From Rhodothermales bacterium (lineage in GTDB: Bacteria; Bacteroidota; Rhodothermia; Rhodothermales; Bin80), in the NCBI GenBank assembly GCA_012267425.1, contig JAAXGO010000059.1, forward strand, positions 6,711 through 30,710: a stretch of DNA of 24,000 nucleotides. Reading direction: 5' to 3'. Position numbers and translations under genes: made by a program. Below are positions 10,081 to 19,181 of this stretch, piece by piece. Each line of letters opens with the position of its first letter. Position 1 is the stretch's first letter. A model generated the notes under the pieces. It saw nothing but the letters and a program-made list of their open reading frames with translations, made no database searches and was not told the DNA's origin.

Positions 10081-10890
10081 AGGCTCGTCGCAGACGGCAG
10101 CCAGGCTTGCGTGCCATGCGACGGTAGCGGCCGCACGGCAAAACAGAAGTGCCTGCAGGCTAAGAAATAGTGTGACCGCCGACTGGGCAACGTGCATTTC
10201 CACGACCGGCCAAAGCGCGATCGTCGATGCGGTTACAAGAAGCCATGCACCGTAAACCGCAGCAATCGCGCCCCGCTGGAACGGACGCATGAAGCCAGCT
10301 GCGACGGCGGTCCATACAGGCTGTTCTTGCACGACCAGCACGCCCCTCGCCACGTCTCTGAGGAGTATCACGGCCGCCAGTATGCAGAAGATGAGCGTGG
10401 GGATCACAACCACGCCGATCCAGAAGCGCGCAACTTCACCGGTCCACACGGCGGAAAGAAGCACGCCTGAAAGCACCGCCCCCACTACACCGAGAACTGC
10501 TACAGGCAAGAACACGAGGCCGATTGCGAGGCTCCGTGCCCAGAAGCGTCGTATTCCTTGCACAAACGACCCGGTGCCACTGCCTGCCAATGCATGGAGC
10601 AGCCCGGCGGCCAGCAGGCTCTTCCAGATCATGTACGTCGGGATAATCCAGACGAAGTGCAAAAGACCGTCCAGAGAGGTTCTGTCCAAAATGTCCGACC
10701 AGAGTACGAGATCAAACGACCGTGCAAGATCATCCCCAAAACCGGAAGGACCGACAATGGAGTTGAGCGCCGTTATGGCAGGGACGGAAATAGCAAGCGC
10801 GACGGCCAAGTTTGCTCCCCACACGAGCATGGCAAGCCCAAAGCGGCGCCGCAGACCTTCAATGCCCAACGCGAAGAGGCGACCTATCAT
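10051..10890 (-). CDS. Polytopic integral membrane protein, unknown function
   Basis: It has at least six hydrophobic segments (e.g. AMLVWGANLAVALAISVPAI; LAIGLVFLPVAVLGVVGAVLSGVLL; WIGVVVIPTLIFCILAAVILL). The start chosen is M18 (MIGRLF, 10890), 8 nt after the stop of the upstream M1 peptidase. The track start at 10941 would overlap that gene. Confidence 0.65.
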   Translation of the reverse strand: MIGRLFALGIEGLRRRFGLAMLVWGANLAVALAISVPAITALNSIVGPSGFGDDLARSFDLVLWSDILDRTSLDGLLHFVWIIPTYMIWKSLLAAGLLHALAGSGTGSFVQGIRRFWARSLAIGLVFLPVAVLGVVGAVLSGVLLSAVWTGEVARFWIGVVVIPTLIFCILAAVILLRDVARGVLVVQEQPVWTAVAAGFMRPFQRGAIAAVYGAWLLVTASTIALWPVVEMHVAQSAVTLFLSLQALLFCRAAATVAWHASLAAVCDEPSVPHVGEGN

Positions 10891-10898
10891 GCTCGGTC

Positions 10899-12815
10899 TC
10901 AAAACAGTGCCGCAGCAGCAAAAAGTACCTGTTGCAGCCATGCGGACACCTTCACGAGTGTCCGGCGCGCAAAGACACCGGAATCGCTCAGGGTCTGGCG
11001 GTTGTTGAGGCGATTAACATCGAGCCAGATGAGATTGTCTGGATCGATGTGCGCATCGACGGCAGGTGCCCTGTGGTCAAATGTTAATGTCCTTTGGGCA
11101 GTAATTCCGTTCCATTCCACACGCTGCACGAATCCGTCTTCAAACCGGACTTCGATTACCTGCGGGAATGTGCCGCCATGGAGTCGGCTCAGGCGCACGG
11201 TGCTCCTGAAGCCTCCGTCTAGGTCGGACATTACGTAGAGGGTATCGACAGAGTAGTCGACGGTCGCCTCTCCGTAGACGTATTGGTCAAAGAACCAGGT
11301 AAGGTCCTTGCCAGATGCGGTTTCGGCTGCCTCCTGTACGTTACGCGTAGTCGGATGCCTGAACCGCCAAGTTTCAACGTACGTGCGCAAAAAGCGCCGC
11401 ATTGCATCTTCGCCCAAGTAGCCTTCCAAGGTGTGCAGCACCGTGGAGGCTTTCATGTACGAGACGGCAACGTAATCGGAATTTGACGGGTATTCCCACG
11501 ACCGCGTAAAAAGTGCACCCCGAGGCGAAAAACGCTCATACAGGACCCGCTGGCCGGGTCCATCGTCGATCCGCAGCCCGAACAGATCCAGCACCGAACC
11601 GGGACCCCATACTTCGTCGACGATGCGGGCCTCCACGTAGGACGTCATCCCTTCATCGAGCCATGCCTCCTCGGCTTCGTGAGAGGCTAGAAGTCCATAG
11701 AAATACTGATGGGTAAACTCATGCACGGTGACGAGCTCGAGTGGCCGCAGCCACGTCGGCAGCCCGTACGTAGTACCGAGCGTAATGAGAGTCGGGTATT
11801 CCATCCCGTTGGCGCCTCCTAATCCGTCAACGAGCGTGAGTGACGTATACGGATAGACTCCGAGGAGCTCGTCGGTCTTTTCGAGAGCGATCTTGGCAGC
11901 CTCGAAATGACGCTGTGCCTGCCCCCGGTGTTCGGGCTGCAGAAGGAGGCGCAACGTGACGTGGCGCCAGTTGTCCGTGAGTTCGAGAAACGCCGGGCTC
12001 GTGGTCCATGCGAAGTCGTGCACATCGAGGGCATGGTAGACGAGAATTCGCCTGCCCGCGTCGACATGCTCCGAGATGCGCACGCCGGTCGCTCCAACCA
12101 CGAAATCTTTAGGGACGTCGATCGTTACGTCGTACGCAGCGAAATCAGCATAGAACTCGCCGTTTGCATGGAACTGATGGGTATTCCAGCACCCGCGTGG
12201 CGCATCGCGGGGTACGAAGCGTTGTCCGGGGACTTCATAGACACCGAGTTTCGGAAACCACTGCGCCACCATGAAAAACGGCGTGCCGTCATCTCGTATC
12301 TTCCACCCGGTCCGCGCCGTGATTTCAGGAAGACGGGCGGTGAAGCGCATGTCCAATTCGATAGTCTCTCCCGGACCGACAGGCTCCGGCAACACGACGC
12401 GCGCTACCGTCCGGTCATCGGCGTTGCCGTCGTCGGGCTGAATGAACGTGATGTGGTCAGTCAGATCACTCCACTGCGTCGCGAGCCTGTCAATCGTGAT
12501 ACCTCCGTCTGACTTCTGCAAACTCTGGCCACGATGTACACCACCGCTTTCTTGCATGAAGGTCGACCTTTCGTTGAGGAACGCGTTCAGGTACAGATGA
12601 AACTCCAGCATCCCGACTTCGACTTTGTCCGGGTTGCGCCACGTAACGCGCTGGTTTCCGTGCACGGTACGCGCCACATCGTCCAGCACCGCCTGGATCG
12701 TGTAGCTGACTCGGCCCTCGCTTTGCATCCGGTCGTAAATCGTCGGGCGCTGTGCGACAACAGGAATGGCGAGGAATGCCAGGCTAACGGCGTGGAGTAC
12801 TCTCTTCACGGCCAA
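10899..12815 (-). CDS. Secreted M1-family zinc metallopeptidase (aminopeptidase N-like)
   Basis: HEFTH followed by exactly X18 and then E (HEFTHQYFYGLLASHEAEEAWLDEG) gives HEXXH-X18-E. There is a GxMEN-like NGMEYP upstream and an N-terminal signal-like sequence (KRVLHAVSLAFLAIPVVAQ). The codon at 12815 is TTG, and GTG at 12809 (MKRVLH...) is an alternative start. Confidence 0.85.
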   Translation of the reverse strand: MAVKRVLHAVSLAFLAIPVVAQRPTIYDRMQSEGRVSYTIQAVLDDVARTVHGNQRVTWRNPDKVEVGMLEFHLYLNAFLNERSTFMQESGGVHRGQSLQKSDGGITIDRLATQWSDLTDHITFIQPDDGNADDRTVARVVLPEPVGPGETIELDMRFTARLPEITARTGWKIRDDGTPFFMVAQWFPKLGVYEVPGQRFVPRDAPRGCWNTHQFHANGEFYADFAAYDVTIDVPKDFVVGATGVRISEHVDAGRRILVYHALDVHDFAWTTSPAFLELTDNWRHVTLRLLLQPEHRGQAQRHFEAAKIALEKTDELLGVYPYTSLTLVDGLGGANGMEYPTLITLGTTYGLPTWLRPLELVTVHEFTHQYFYGLLASHEAEEAWLDEGMTSYVEARIVDEVWGPGSVLDLFGLRIDDGPGQRVLYERFSPRGALFTRSWEYPSNSDYVAVSYMKASTVLHTLEGYLGEDAMRRFLRTYVETWRFRHPTTRNVQEAAETASGKDLTWFFDQYVYGEATVDYSVDTLYVMSDLDGGFRSTVRLSRLHGGTFPQVIEVRFEDGFVQRVEWNGITAQRTLTFDHRAPAVDAHIDPDNLIWLDVNRLNNRQTLSDSGVFARRTLVKVSAWLQQVLFAAAALF

Positions 12816-12884
12816 TTTTGATGAACGTCCGTTTCAATTAAAGGCGGAGCATATTAGGTTGCGTGCGGTTCAAAACTACTCTCC

Positions 12885-13148
12885 GTGAAGCGATTCGAAG
12901 AACTATTCGCTGAGCTGCAGCGCAAGGCCCTTGCTTGCGACCCAAACTCGGCAACCGTCCGCTCCCTTGCCTCCGGCAAACATGCCATCGGTAAGAAAAT
13001 CCTCGAAGAAGCGGGCGAAGTATGGATGGCTGCCGAGTACGAGGATCGCGATCGGGCGGCCGAAGAAATCGCCCAACTCCTCTACCACATCCAGGTCATG
13101 ATGCTTGCCTGCGACCTGACGCTCGACGACGTCTACCGGCGGCTGTAA
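12885..13148 (+). CDS. hisE: Phosphoribosyl-ATP pyrophosphatase
   Basis: 87 aa with a GTG start. [19 protein letters not shown]...[28 protein letters not shown] matches the MazG-like HisE fold signature. It sits immediately upstream of hisG. Confidence 0.88.
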   Translation: MKRFEELFAELQRKALACDPNSATVRSLASGKHAIGKKILEEAGEVWMAAEYEDRDRAAEEIAQLLYHIQVMMLACDLTLDDVYRRL

Positions 13149-13158
13149 AGACTCCACA

Positions 13159-14007
13159 ATGCTGCAGGTGGCCCTCCCAAACAAAGGTGCGTTGGCCGAC
13201 GGTGCCATCGATCTCATTCGTTCGGCTGGATATCATTGTAAGCGTTCGGGACGCGAACTCACTGTGCGTGACGTGTCCAACGACGTACGATTCCTTTTCC
13301 TGCGTCCGCGCGATATCGCTACGTATGTCAACGACGGGACACTCGATCTCGGAATCACCGGACGCGACATGCTGTTTGACAGTGGGATGGACCTCGTGGA
13401 GCTTCTTGCACTCGGCTTCGGGCGTGCCCACTTCGCGTATGCCGCGCCTCGCGACTTCGAGGTAACGCCCGATGCACTCGGCGGGCTGCGCATCGCCACC
13501 TCCTATACCAGACTACTCCGGCATGACCTCCAGCGTCGCGGGATCAAGGCACGGGTGGTACCCTTGGACGGCGCCGTGGAAATCTCTATCCAGCTCGGAG
13601 TCGCCGACCTCATCGCCGACGTCGTTCAGACGGGCCGGACACTCGAAGATGCGGGTCTTAAGCGTATTGGCAAGCCGATTCTCGAAACCGAAGCAATACT
13701 TGTCGCGCGCGGCGGCGGCGCAACTGTGGGCAATACGGTGGGACTTTTCGTCAAGCGGCTTAAAGGCATCACCGTCGCCCGGGAATTCGTCATGATCGAA
13801 TACGACTGTGCCGAAAGCTGCGTAGAGGCTGCATGCGCGATCACTCCAGGGATCGAATCGCCCACCGTTGCACCACTGAGCAAGCCCGGCTGGGTGGCCA
13901 TCAAGGCTATGGCCCGGCGCCGGGACACGAATCGTATCCTGGATGCGCTCGAAGAGCTTGGGGCTAAGGGAGTCCTCGTGACCCGGATTGAGACCTGCCG
14001 CATATAA
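13159..14007 (+). CDS. hisG: ATP phosphoribosyltransferase, long form
   Basis: 282 aa. Matching blocks are MLQVALPNKGAL...FLRPRDIATYV..G.LDLGITGRD...RIATSY...LDGAVE....GVADLIADVV.TGRTL. It also has the C-terminal regulatory domain (IEYDC...ITPG.ESPTVAPL...WVAIKAM) characteristic of the long HisG form. Confidence 0.92.
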   Translation: MLQVALPNKGALADGAIDLIRSAGYHCKRSGRELTVRDVSNDVRFLFLRPRDIATYVNDGTLDLGITGRDMLFDSGMDLVELLALGFGRAHFAYAAPRDFEVTPDALGGLRIATSYTRLLRHDLQRRGIKARVVPLDGAVEISIQLGVADLIADVVQTGRTLEDAGLKRIGKPILETEAILVARGGGATVGNTVGLFVKRLKGITVAREFVMIEYDCAESCVEAACAITPGIESPTVAPLSKPGWVAIKAMARRRDTNRILDALEELGAKGVLVTRIETCRI

Positions 14008-14015
14008 GGTAGCGC

Positions 14016-14288
14016 ATCACGAGGAACTGCCTGTTTGCGGCAATGATTCTGTGTGCGGCAAGGACGAGCTTTTTGTGGGCTGCTAGACCAACGATGGGAA
14101 ATCACGGGTCACCATCGTCGATCTTCCCCACAAACCGGCGAGTCTTTATTAAGGGACCGCTGAAAGTCGTTCGCGCAGTTAGGCCGAAGTTCCAGCGGAA
14201 TTCAGGCCATCTGACGCTGTAACTTCGGCTTAGGTGTGCCTCGTGATAGAGCCTCAGATCCTTTGCCCGGATCTTAAGAAGGTTTTTT
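14016..14288. ncRNA. Candidate structured RNA / structured hisG 3' region (unclassified)
   Basis: I verified these helices by hand. ACGATGG 14091-14097 pairs with CCATCGT 14112-14118, nested inside TTTGTGGG 14072-14079 / CCCACAAA 14127-14134. An extended hairpin spans 14181-14231: AGGCCGAAGTT/AACTTCGGCTT, then CAGCG/CGCTG, then TCAG/CTGA. ATCACGAGG 14016-14024 and CCTCGTGAT 14239-14247 flank the whole module. A terminal hairpin at 14256-14274 is followed by T6 at 14283-14288. There is no ORF of 60 aa or more. I could not assign a strand or a family. Confidence 0.3.
14256..14288 (+). terminator. Possible weak intrinsic terminator
   Basis: The AGATCC/GGATCT 6-bp stem (14256-14261 / 14269-14274) has a 7-nt loop, followed by TAAGAAGG and then TTTTTT at 14283-14288. 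The 8-nt spacer between stem and T-run is non-canonical. Confidence 0.25.
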
Positions 14289-14720
14289 CAGGGAGTACTC
14301 AAGCCCGCCATCGCTGATGTAAGCAGCCTCAGTGACATTCCGGTGACGATGGAAAGGAAGCGGGAAGCCCGTCGTGTGGTAGCATTGCGGTTTCTGGTCG
14401 ACAAGCACTTCACCCGCTGCTTGTCGATGCACCGGCGGGCCAGCTGCTAAACCCATCACATGAGCAACCGGAAGACCATTCCAGAGCCGCACTATTGGCA
14501 GCGGAAGACTGGCAGAATATACCTCCGTTACCTGCCTCGCCTCGTACGGAGGCTTTGGCCACACCTCTGCGCGATTTCGGCCTTTCTAAAGCGCAGGCAG
14601 CCATAATCCGCCCGCCGGGAAAAGGAACCTACGACTTCTCATTCCAACCGAAAAAATATCCCCCATGCAGGTGTCCGAGACCCTCGGCACCGAAATCACC
14701 TGCGCCGTGTACACCCGCAT
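14274..14720 (-). pseudogene. Possible decayed cupin-fold gene (one frame open for 149 codons except an internal TAG; truncated right after cupin motif 1)
   Basis: On the minus strand the frame runs from ATG at 14720 to TAA at 14274, with a single in-frame TAG at 14586-14588. Residues GFPLPFHRHRNVTEAAYISDG (14307-14369) fit cupin motif 1, G-X5-H-X-H-X4-E-X6-G, exactly. However, the frame stops 10 codons later at an A6 run and I found no motif 2 in any frame. Third-position GC is visibly lower than in neighbouring genes. The track lists only the 96-aa part (14274-14564). Confidence 0.25.
14651..14703 (-). terminator. Possible terminator of the PspB-like pair
   Basis: A compound hairpin is formed by GCAGGTG 14667-14673 / CACCTGC 14697-14703, enclosing CCGAG 14675-14679 / CTCGG 14683-14687. 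On the minus strand it is followed, after about 10 nt, by T6 (14656-14651). The spacer is non-canonical. Confidence 0.3.
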
Positions 14721-14777
14721 TCACCCGGTAGGACGACAATTCTGGCCCACACAGGCTAATGATTACCCTGGTAGGCC

Positions 14778-15041
14778 TTACCTGGTAGGAACCCGGCTCA
14801 CGGTGCCGGACGCCTGCGACTCGTCTTCCAGCGGCTCGGCAGCCACGATCGCTTCGAGGTACTCTACACGGCCTTTCAGGTGCTTCTGTTCGGCGATGGT
14901 CGTCTCCAACACGTGCGCTAGATCCTCCAGTGTGTATTCTCCGTCAGTATCCTGTACACGTTTATCAACCGCTCGCCACAGGAGAAAAATTCCCGCCGCT
15001 ACAATGACGGCAATCGCTCCCATGAAAAGAAGTAATGGCAT
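14778..15041 (-). CDS. Small single-pass membrane protein, PspB-like
   Basis: 87 aa. It has an N-terminal TM (LLLFMGAIAVIVAAGIFLLW) and then a coiled-coil ending KHLKGRVEYLEAIVAAEP. This resembles the PspB C-terminal motif (R.RI.ALESILDAE in E. coli PspB, from memory). Confidence 0.6.
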   Translation of the reverse strand: MPLLLFMGAIAVIVAAGIFLLWRAVDKRVQDTDGEYTLEDLAHVLETTIAEQKHLKGRVEYLEAIVAAEPLEDESQASGTVSRVPTR

Positions 15042-15044
15042 GAA

Positions 15045-15338
15045 CTATATCCTCAAACGACGAGACAGCCGCTCGATGCGCTCTGCGTCGCTTGGCTCCC
15101 CGATAATGACGTGCTTCTGGTCTTCAAAGTCTTCGAAAACCTCATTGGCCACTATGGATTCGAGGTTTTCGATGCGCCGCAGTGCGTGTAAGAGCTCCTG
15201 CTGCTGCGTATCCACACGCTGCTCCAGATCGCTGGTTGAAGCACCGAGTTTCACTTGCTTCTTCTTGAACTCGATCCATTCATTGATGGGCCACAGCAAG
15301 ATGAACGTCAGAGGAATCAATACCCAGACCCAGCCCAT
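15045..15338 (-). CDS. Small single-pass membrane protein, PspB-like (paralogue of the downstream gene)
   Basis: 97 aa. It has an N-terminal TM (WVWVLIPLTFILLWPI) and then QQQELLHALRRIENLESIVANE. The architecture matches its neighbour, and a 3-nt gap suggests an operon. Confidence 0.6.
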   Translation of the reverse strand: MGWVWVLIPLTFILLWPINEWIEFKKKQVKLGASTSDLEQRVDTQQQELLHALRRIENLESIVANEVFEDFEDQKHVIIGEPSDAERIERLSRRLRI

Positions 15339-15435
15339 TGCGACGTTTGTTTAGTGTTTTACATCCAGTCCGGATACGACGGGCACGCGCGGTGTATTTT
15401 AGGATCCAATTTGCACCAGGTTTCAAGGACACGCC

Positions 15436-16233
15436 GTGATACGTACACTCCGTGAGGCGATGCCACGGCTCCTAGGACGCCGCTCCGACCTAGAGCGCGT
15501 CCTAGGCGTGCGCTGCCGTGACCGTGCACTCTACGAAAAAGCCCTCCGGCACCGGTCCGTGCTGCGCAGACGGTCCTTGCACGCGTATCGTTCAAACGAG
15601 CGACTCGAGTATCTAGGCGATGCCGTGCTCGGCTTCATCGTGGCAGAATACCTCTACAACCGATTCCCCTACGAACCTGAGGGATACCTTACCACTCTGC
15701 GGTCCAAGCTTGTCAGCGGCCAGGCCCTTTCTGCGCGGGCCCGGGAGCTCGGGCTGGGCAAGATGGTTGTGATGAGCGACGAATTCGAGCGCTCCGGTGG
15801 GCGTGAAACGGCATCAGTTCTTGCGGACACCTTCGAGGCAGTCATCGGTGCACTGTACCTCGACCGGGGCGTGAAGGCAGCCCGCCGCTTCATCCGCCGC
15901 GTGGTCCTTGAAACCACAGATCTTGCCCGCCTCGCTGCAGAAGATGACAACTTCAAGAGTTTGCTCCTCGAACTCGCGCAGGCGAACGGGTGGGGGCAGC
16001 CCCAGTATCGGGTCATCAAAACGCGTGGCCCTGGACATGTCCGGACATTTACGGTGGTCGTTTCGATTGAGGACATGCCTCTCGGGCGTGGTGAAGGTGG
16101 CAGCAAAAAGCACGCCGAGAAGGAAGCGGCGCGGTTGGCGCTTCAGCGCATCGGCCCCCTACCGGGAGAACGGAAACTGCGCGGTGCGGTAGGAATTGCA
16201 GGCGGCGCGCCACAACATTCCGCCCCCAAGTAA
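15436..16233 (+). CDS. rnc: Ribonuclease III
   Basis: It carries the RNase III signature [20 protein letters not shown], the catalytic-domain block [15 protein letters not shown], and a C-terminal dsRBD ([21 protein letters not shown]...[16 protein letters not shown]). The start at 15436 is GTG, and ATG at 15460 is an alternative. Confidence 0.9.
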   Translation: MIRTLREAMPRLLGRRSDLERVLGVRCRDRALYEKALRHRSVLRRRSLHAYRSNERLEYLGDAVLGFIVAEYLYNRFPYEPEGYLTTLRSKLVSGQALSARARELGLGKMVVMSDEFERSGGRETASVLADTFEAVIGALYLDRGVKAARRFIRRVVLETTDLARLAAEDDNFKSLLLELAQANGWGQPQYRVIKTRGPGHVRTFTVVVSIEDMPLGRGEGGSKKHAEKEAARLALQRIGPLPGERKLRGAVGIAGGAPQHSAPK

Positions 16234-16240
16234 GGACCCA

Positions 16241-19150
16241 ATGGCTATCAATCTGGGCTCTACCGACGGTTTCGTGGACCGTCATGTCGGGCCTTCGGAC
16301 AAAGAGACCCGTGAAATGCTTTCGACGCTCGGGCTCCCGTCGTTGGATGCCCTCGTCGAACGGACTATTCCCACCTCCATCCGCGCGCAAGGAGCGCTCG
16401 ATTTGCCTCCGGCGCGAACGGAACAAGCGTTGCTATCGGACCTGCGTCACATCGCTGGAAAGAACCGGGTTTTCCGGTCCTTCATCGGCATGGGGTACCA
16501 CGACACGATTACACCTGCCGCCATTCAGCGCGCCGTTCTTGAGAATCCGTCGTGGTACACGCAGTACACGCCCTACCAAGCCGAAATTTCGCAGGGACGC
16601 CTCGAAGCACTCCTGAATTTCCAGACCGCGATCATCGATCTAACCGCGATGCAGATTGCCAACGCCTCGCTGTTGGATGAGGCAACGGCAGCTGCCGAGG
16701 CCATGATGATGTTCCATCGCTTGGCCAGCAGGAGCGCGCGAGACACGTTTTTCGTCTCCGACGCGTGCCATCCCCAGACAATCGCCGTAGTACAAGCCCG
16801 CGCGGCTCCACTCGGCATACATGTCGAAGTCGGCGATCACTGCGAGGCAGCACTGTCGGACCGCATGTTCGGGGCACTCGTGCAGTATCCGGCAACTGAC
16901 GGTGCTATCTATCACTACGAGGCATTCTGCAACGAGGCTCACGAGGTGGGTGCCCTGGTCGTTGTGGCAGCGGATCTTCTCAGCCTCACGCTGCTCCGGG
17001 CACCCGGCAACTTCGGCGCGGATGCAGTCGTCGGCAGCACACAGCGATTCGGCGTTCCGTTGGGATACGGCGGGCCGCACGCCGCTTACTTTGCGACGAG
17101 GGAGCCTTTCAAGCGGCAAGTGCCAGGGCGCATCATCGGCATGAGCGTGGACGCGGATGGGCGGCCCGCACTACGAATGGCGCTGCAGATGCGGGAGCAG
17201 CACATCAAGCGGGCCCGCGCGACAAGCAACATCTGCACGGCACAGGTTTTACTGGCAGTCATGGCAGGTGCCTATGCGGTCTATCACGGCCCACACGGTT
17301 TACGAGGCATCGCCCGCCGCGTACACGAATGCACCCGTGTTCTGGCCCGCGGCCTCCTCCGGTTGGGCTACGACCTCGTCCACAAGGAATTTTTCGATAC
17401 CATCTGCATCGCGGGAGCCGAGCCGCCGCTTCGAGAGTGCCTGGAGGCACGGCACATCAACATCAGGTACCTCGAAAACGGCACGGTATGCATCGCGCTC
17501 GACGAAACTGTATTGGCTCGTGACCTCAACGACCTTTTCCTTGCATTCGGCGAAGCGGCGGGCAGAGAGATTCCGTTTACCGCAGAGGACATTGCGCGAG
17601 ACATGGCGCCGAGCTACAGGGGCAAGCACGGCAGACGGACCGACTTTCTGAAACATGATGTCTTCAATCGCTACCACAGCGAGACAGAGCTCATGCGCTA
17701 TTTGCACCGTCTAGCGTCGCGGGACTTGTCCTTGACGACAAGCATGATTTCGCTCGGATCGTGCACGATGAAGCTCAACGCGGCGGCCCAACTCATGCCG
17801 CTGACTTGGGCACGATTCAACAAACTGCACCCCTTCGCGCCTCGCGAGCAAGCGGCGGGCTACGACGTGATTTTTAGTGACCTGGAAAACTGGCTCGCGA
17901 CGATAACGGGGTTCGACGGCGTGTCGCTGCAACCCAATTCTGGTGCAAGCGGCGAGTATGCCGGGTTGCTGGTCATTCGTGCCTGGCACGAAAGCCGAGG
18001 AGAGGGGCACCGCAACGTCTGTATCGTACCCGACTCCGCGCACGGCACCAACCCTGCCAGCGCCGTCATGGCGGGCATGAAGGTCGTCGTCGTGCGAACT
18101 ACTGACGACGGCGACATTGACCTCGACGACCTGCGTGCGCGGGCGGAGCACCACCGGGACCGTCTTGCAGCGCTCATTATCACGTACCCGTCCACCTATG
18201 GCGTCTTCGAAGAGCATGTCCGCGAGATTTGCGACGTCATCCACGAGCGAGGTGGGCAGGTATATTGTGACGGAGCCAACATGAATGCCCAGGTTGGACT
18301 GTGCCGACCGGGCGACTTTGGGGCGGACGTGTGCCATCTTAATCTACACAAGACGTTCGCCATCCCGCACGGAGGTGGTGGGCCCGGGATGGGGCCCATC
18401 TGCGTGGCCGCTCATCTGAAACCGTTTTTGCCCTCTCACCCAACACTGACAACCGTCTCCGAAAGTGCGATCGGACCTGTGTCGGCAGCTCCGTGGGGAA
18501 GTGCGAGCATCCTGGTCATTTCCTGGGCCTACATCGCCCTCTTGGGTGTCGACGGCCTCACACGTGCGTCGAAAACGGCGATTCTCAACGCCAATTATCT
18601 GGCCCACAGGCTCGGGACGCATTATAACGTGCTCTACAGGGGCACAAAAGGGCACGTAGCACACGAATTCATTCTTGATCTCCGCCCTTTCCGGCGCAGC
18701 TACGGCATCACGGAAACCGACGTTGCAAAGCGCCTCATCGACTACGGGTACCATGCTCCGACGGTCTCCTGGCCCGTCGCGGGTACAATCATGATCGAAC
18801 CGACAGAAAGCGAAAACAAAGCTGAGTTAGACCGCTTCTGCCATGCGATGCTCGCCATTCGGAGTGAAATCCAGGAAGTCGGCATCGGGCTGGCCGATCC
18901 GCACGACAACGTGCTCAAGCATGCGCCGCACACAGCAGGGATGGTGACTTCCGACGAATGGGACAGGCCGTACAATCGCGTCAAGGCCGCATTCCCCGCA
19001 CCGTGGGCACAAAGCAACAAGTTTTGGCCGAGCGTCCGCCGCGTGGACAACGCACAGGGCGATCGGAACCTGATATGTACGTGCCGCCCGGTGGAGCATT
19101 ACTCAGAGCCGGAGCCGGAGTGTAACGCGCACGGGGAAGTGTCACGTTAA
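16241..19150 (+). CDS. gcvP: Glycine dehydrogenase (decarboxylating), single-chain P-protein of the glycine cleavage system
   Basis: ~969 aa. Matching blocks are [49 protein letters not shown], the PLP-lysine region [19 protein letters not shown], and the C-terminal NLICTCRP. The ATG at 16241 lies 7 nt after the rnc stop. The track start at 16196 would overlap rnc. Confidence 0.93.
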   Translation: MAINLGSTDGFVDRHVGPSDKETREMLSTLGLPSLDALVERTIPTSIRAQGALDLPPARTEQALLSDLRHIAGKNRVFRSFIGMGYHDTITPAAIQRAVLENPSWYTQYTPYQAEISQGRLEALLNFQTAIIDLTAMQIANASLLDEATAAAEAMMMFHRLASRSARDTFFVSDACHPQTIAVVQARAAPLGIHVEVGDHCEAALSDRMFGALVQYPATDGAIYHYEAFCNEAHEVGALVVVAADLLSLTLLRAPGNFGADAVVGSTQRFGVPLGYGGPHAAYFATREPFKRQVPGRIIGMSVDADGRPALRMALQMREQHIKRARATSNICTAQVLLAVMAGAYAVYHGPHGLRGIARRVHECTRVLARGLLRLGYDLVHKEFFDTICIAGAEPPLRECLEARHINIRYLENGTVCIALDETVLARDLNDLFLAFGEAAGREIPFTAEDIARDMAPSYRGKHGRRTDFLKHDVFNRYHSETELMRYLHRLASRDLSLTTSMISLGSCTMKLNAAAQLMPLTWARFNKLHPFAPREQAAGYDVIFSDLENWLATITGFDGVSLQPNSGASGEYAGLLVIRAWHESRGEGHRNVCIVPDSAHGTNPASAVMAGMKVVVVRTTDDGDIDLDDLRARAEHHRDRLAALIITYPSTYGVFEEHVREICDVIHERGGQVYCDGANMNAQVGLCRPGDFGADVCHLNLHKTFAIPHGGGGPGMGPICVAAHLKPFLPSHPTLTTVSESAIGPVSAAPWGSASILVISWAYIALLGVDGLTRASKTAILNANYLAHRLGTHYNVLYRGTKGHVAHEFILDLRPFRRSYGITETDVAKRLIDYGYHAPTVSWPVAGTIMIEPTESENKAELDRFCHAMLAIRSEIQEVGIGLADPHDNVLKHAPHTAGMVTSDEWDRPYNRVKAAFPAPWAQSNKFWPSVRRVDNAQGDRNLICTCRPVEHYSEPEPECNAHGEVSR

Positions 19151-19181
19151 GGCGGCGGAATCACATTCAACACGTACGACA

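Noticed and set aside
14522-14600. c-di-GMP-I (GEMM-I)-like arrangement on the minus strand: hairpin, then ...CAAAGCCTCCG (14547-14557), then a second hairpin
   Set aside because: The conserved ACGCAAAGCC core has a mismatch (GGCCAAAGCC). The 5' GCAAA element and the tetraloop/receptor features are absent, and there is no downstream gene for a riboswitch to control other than the dubious 96-aa ORF.
14270-14780. RNase P RNA, tmRNA, SRP/4.5S RNA or 6S RNA in the long hisG-PspB spacer
   Set aside because: I looked on both strands for GGAAAGTCCGG / ACAGAACCCGGCTTA (RNase P), a GGTTCGA-type T-arm with a CCA-end and an ...AA-stop tag (tmRNA), and GGAAGGAAGCAGC (SRP). There were only partial chance resemblances, such as GAACCCGGCTCA at ~14788 (inside a CDS) and AAGCAGCC at 14321. 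6S RNA has no primary-sequence signature that I can test by eye.
15407-15419. Sigma-54-like TGGTGC...TTGG upstream of the PspB-like genes (minus strand); pspA is sigma-54-dependent in E. coli
   Set aside because: The GG and GC elements are not at the required TGGCAC-N5-TTGC spacing (off by about 2 nt), and the -12 GC is missing.
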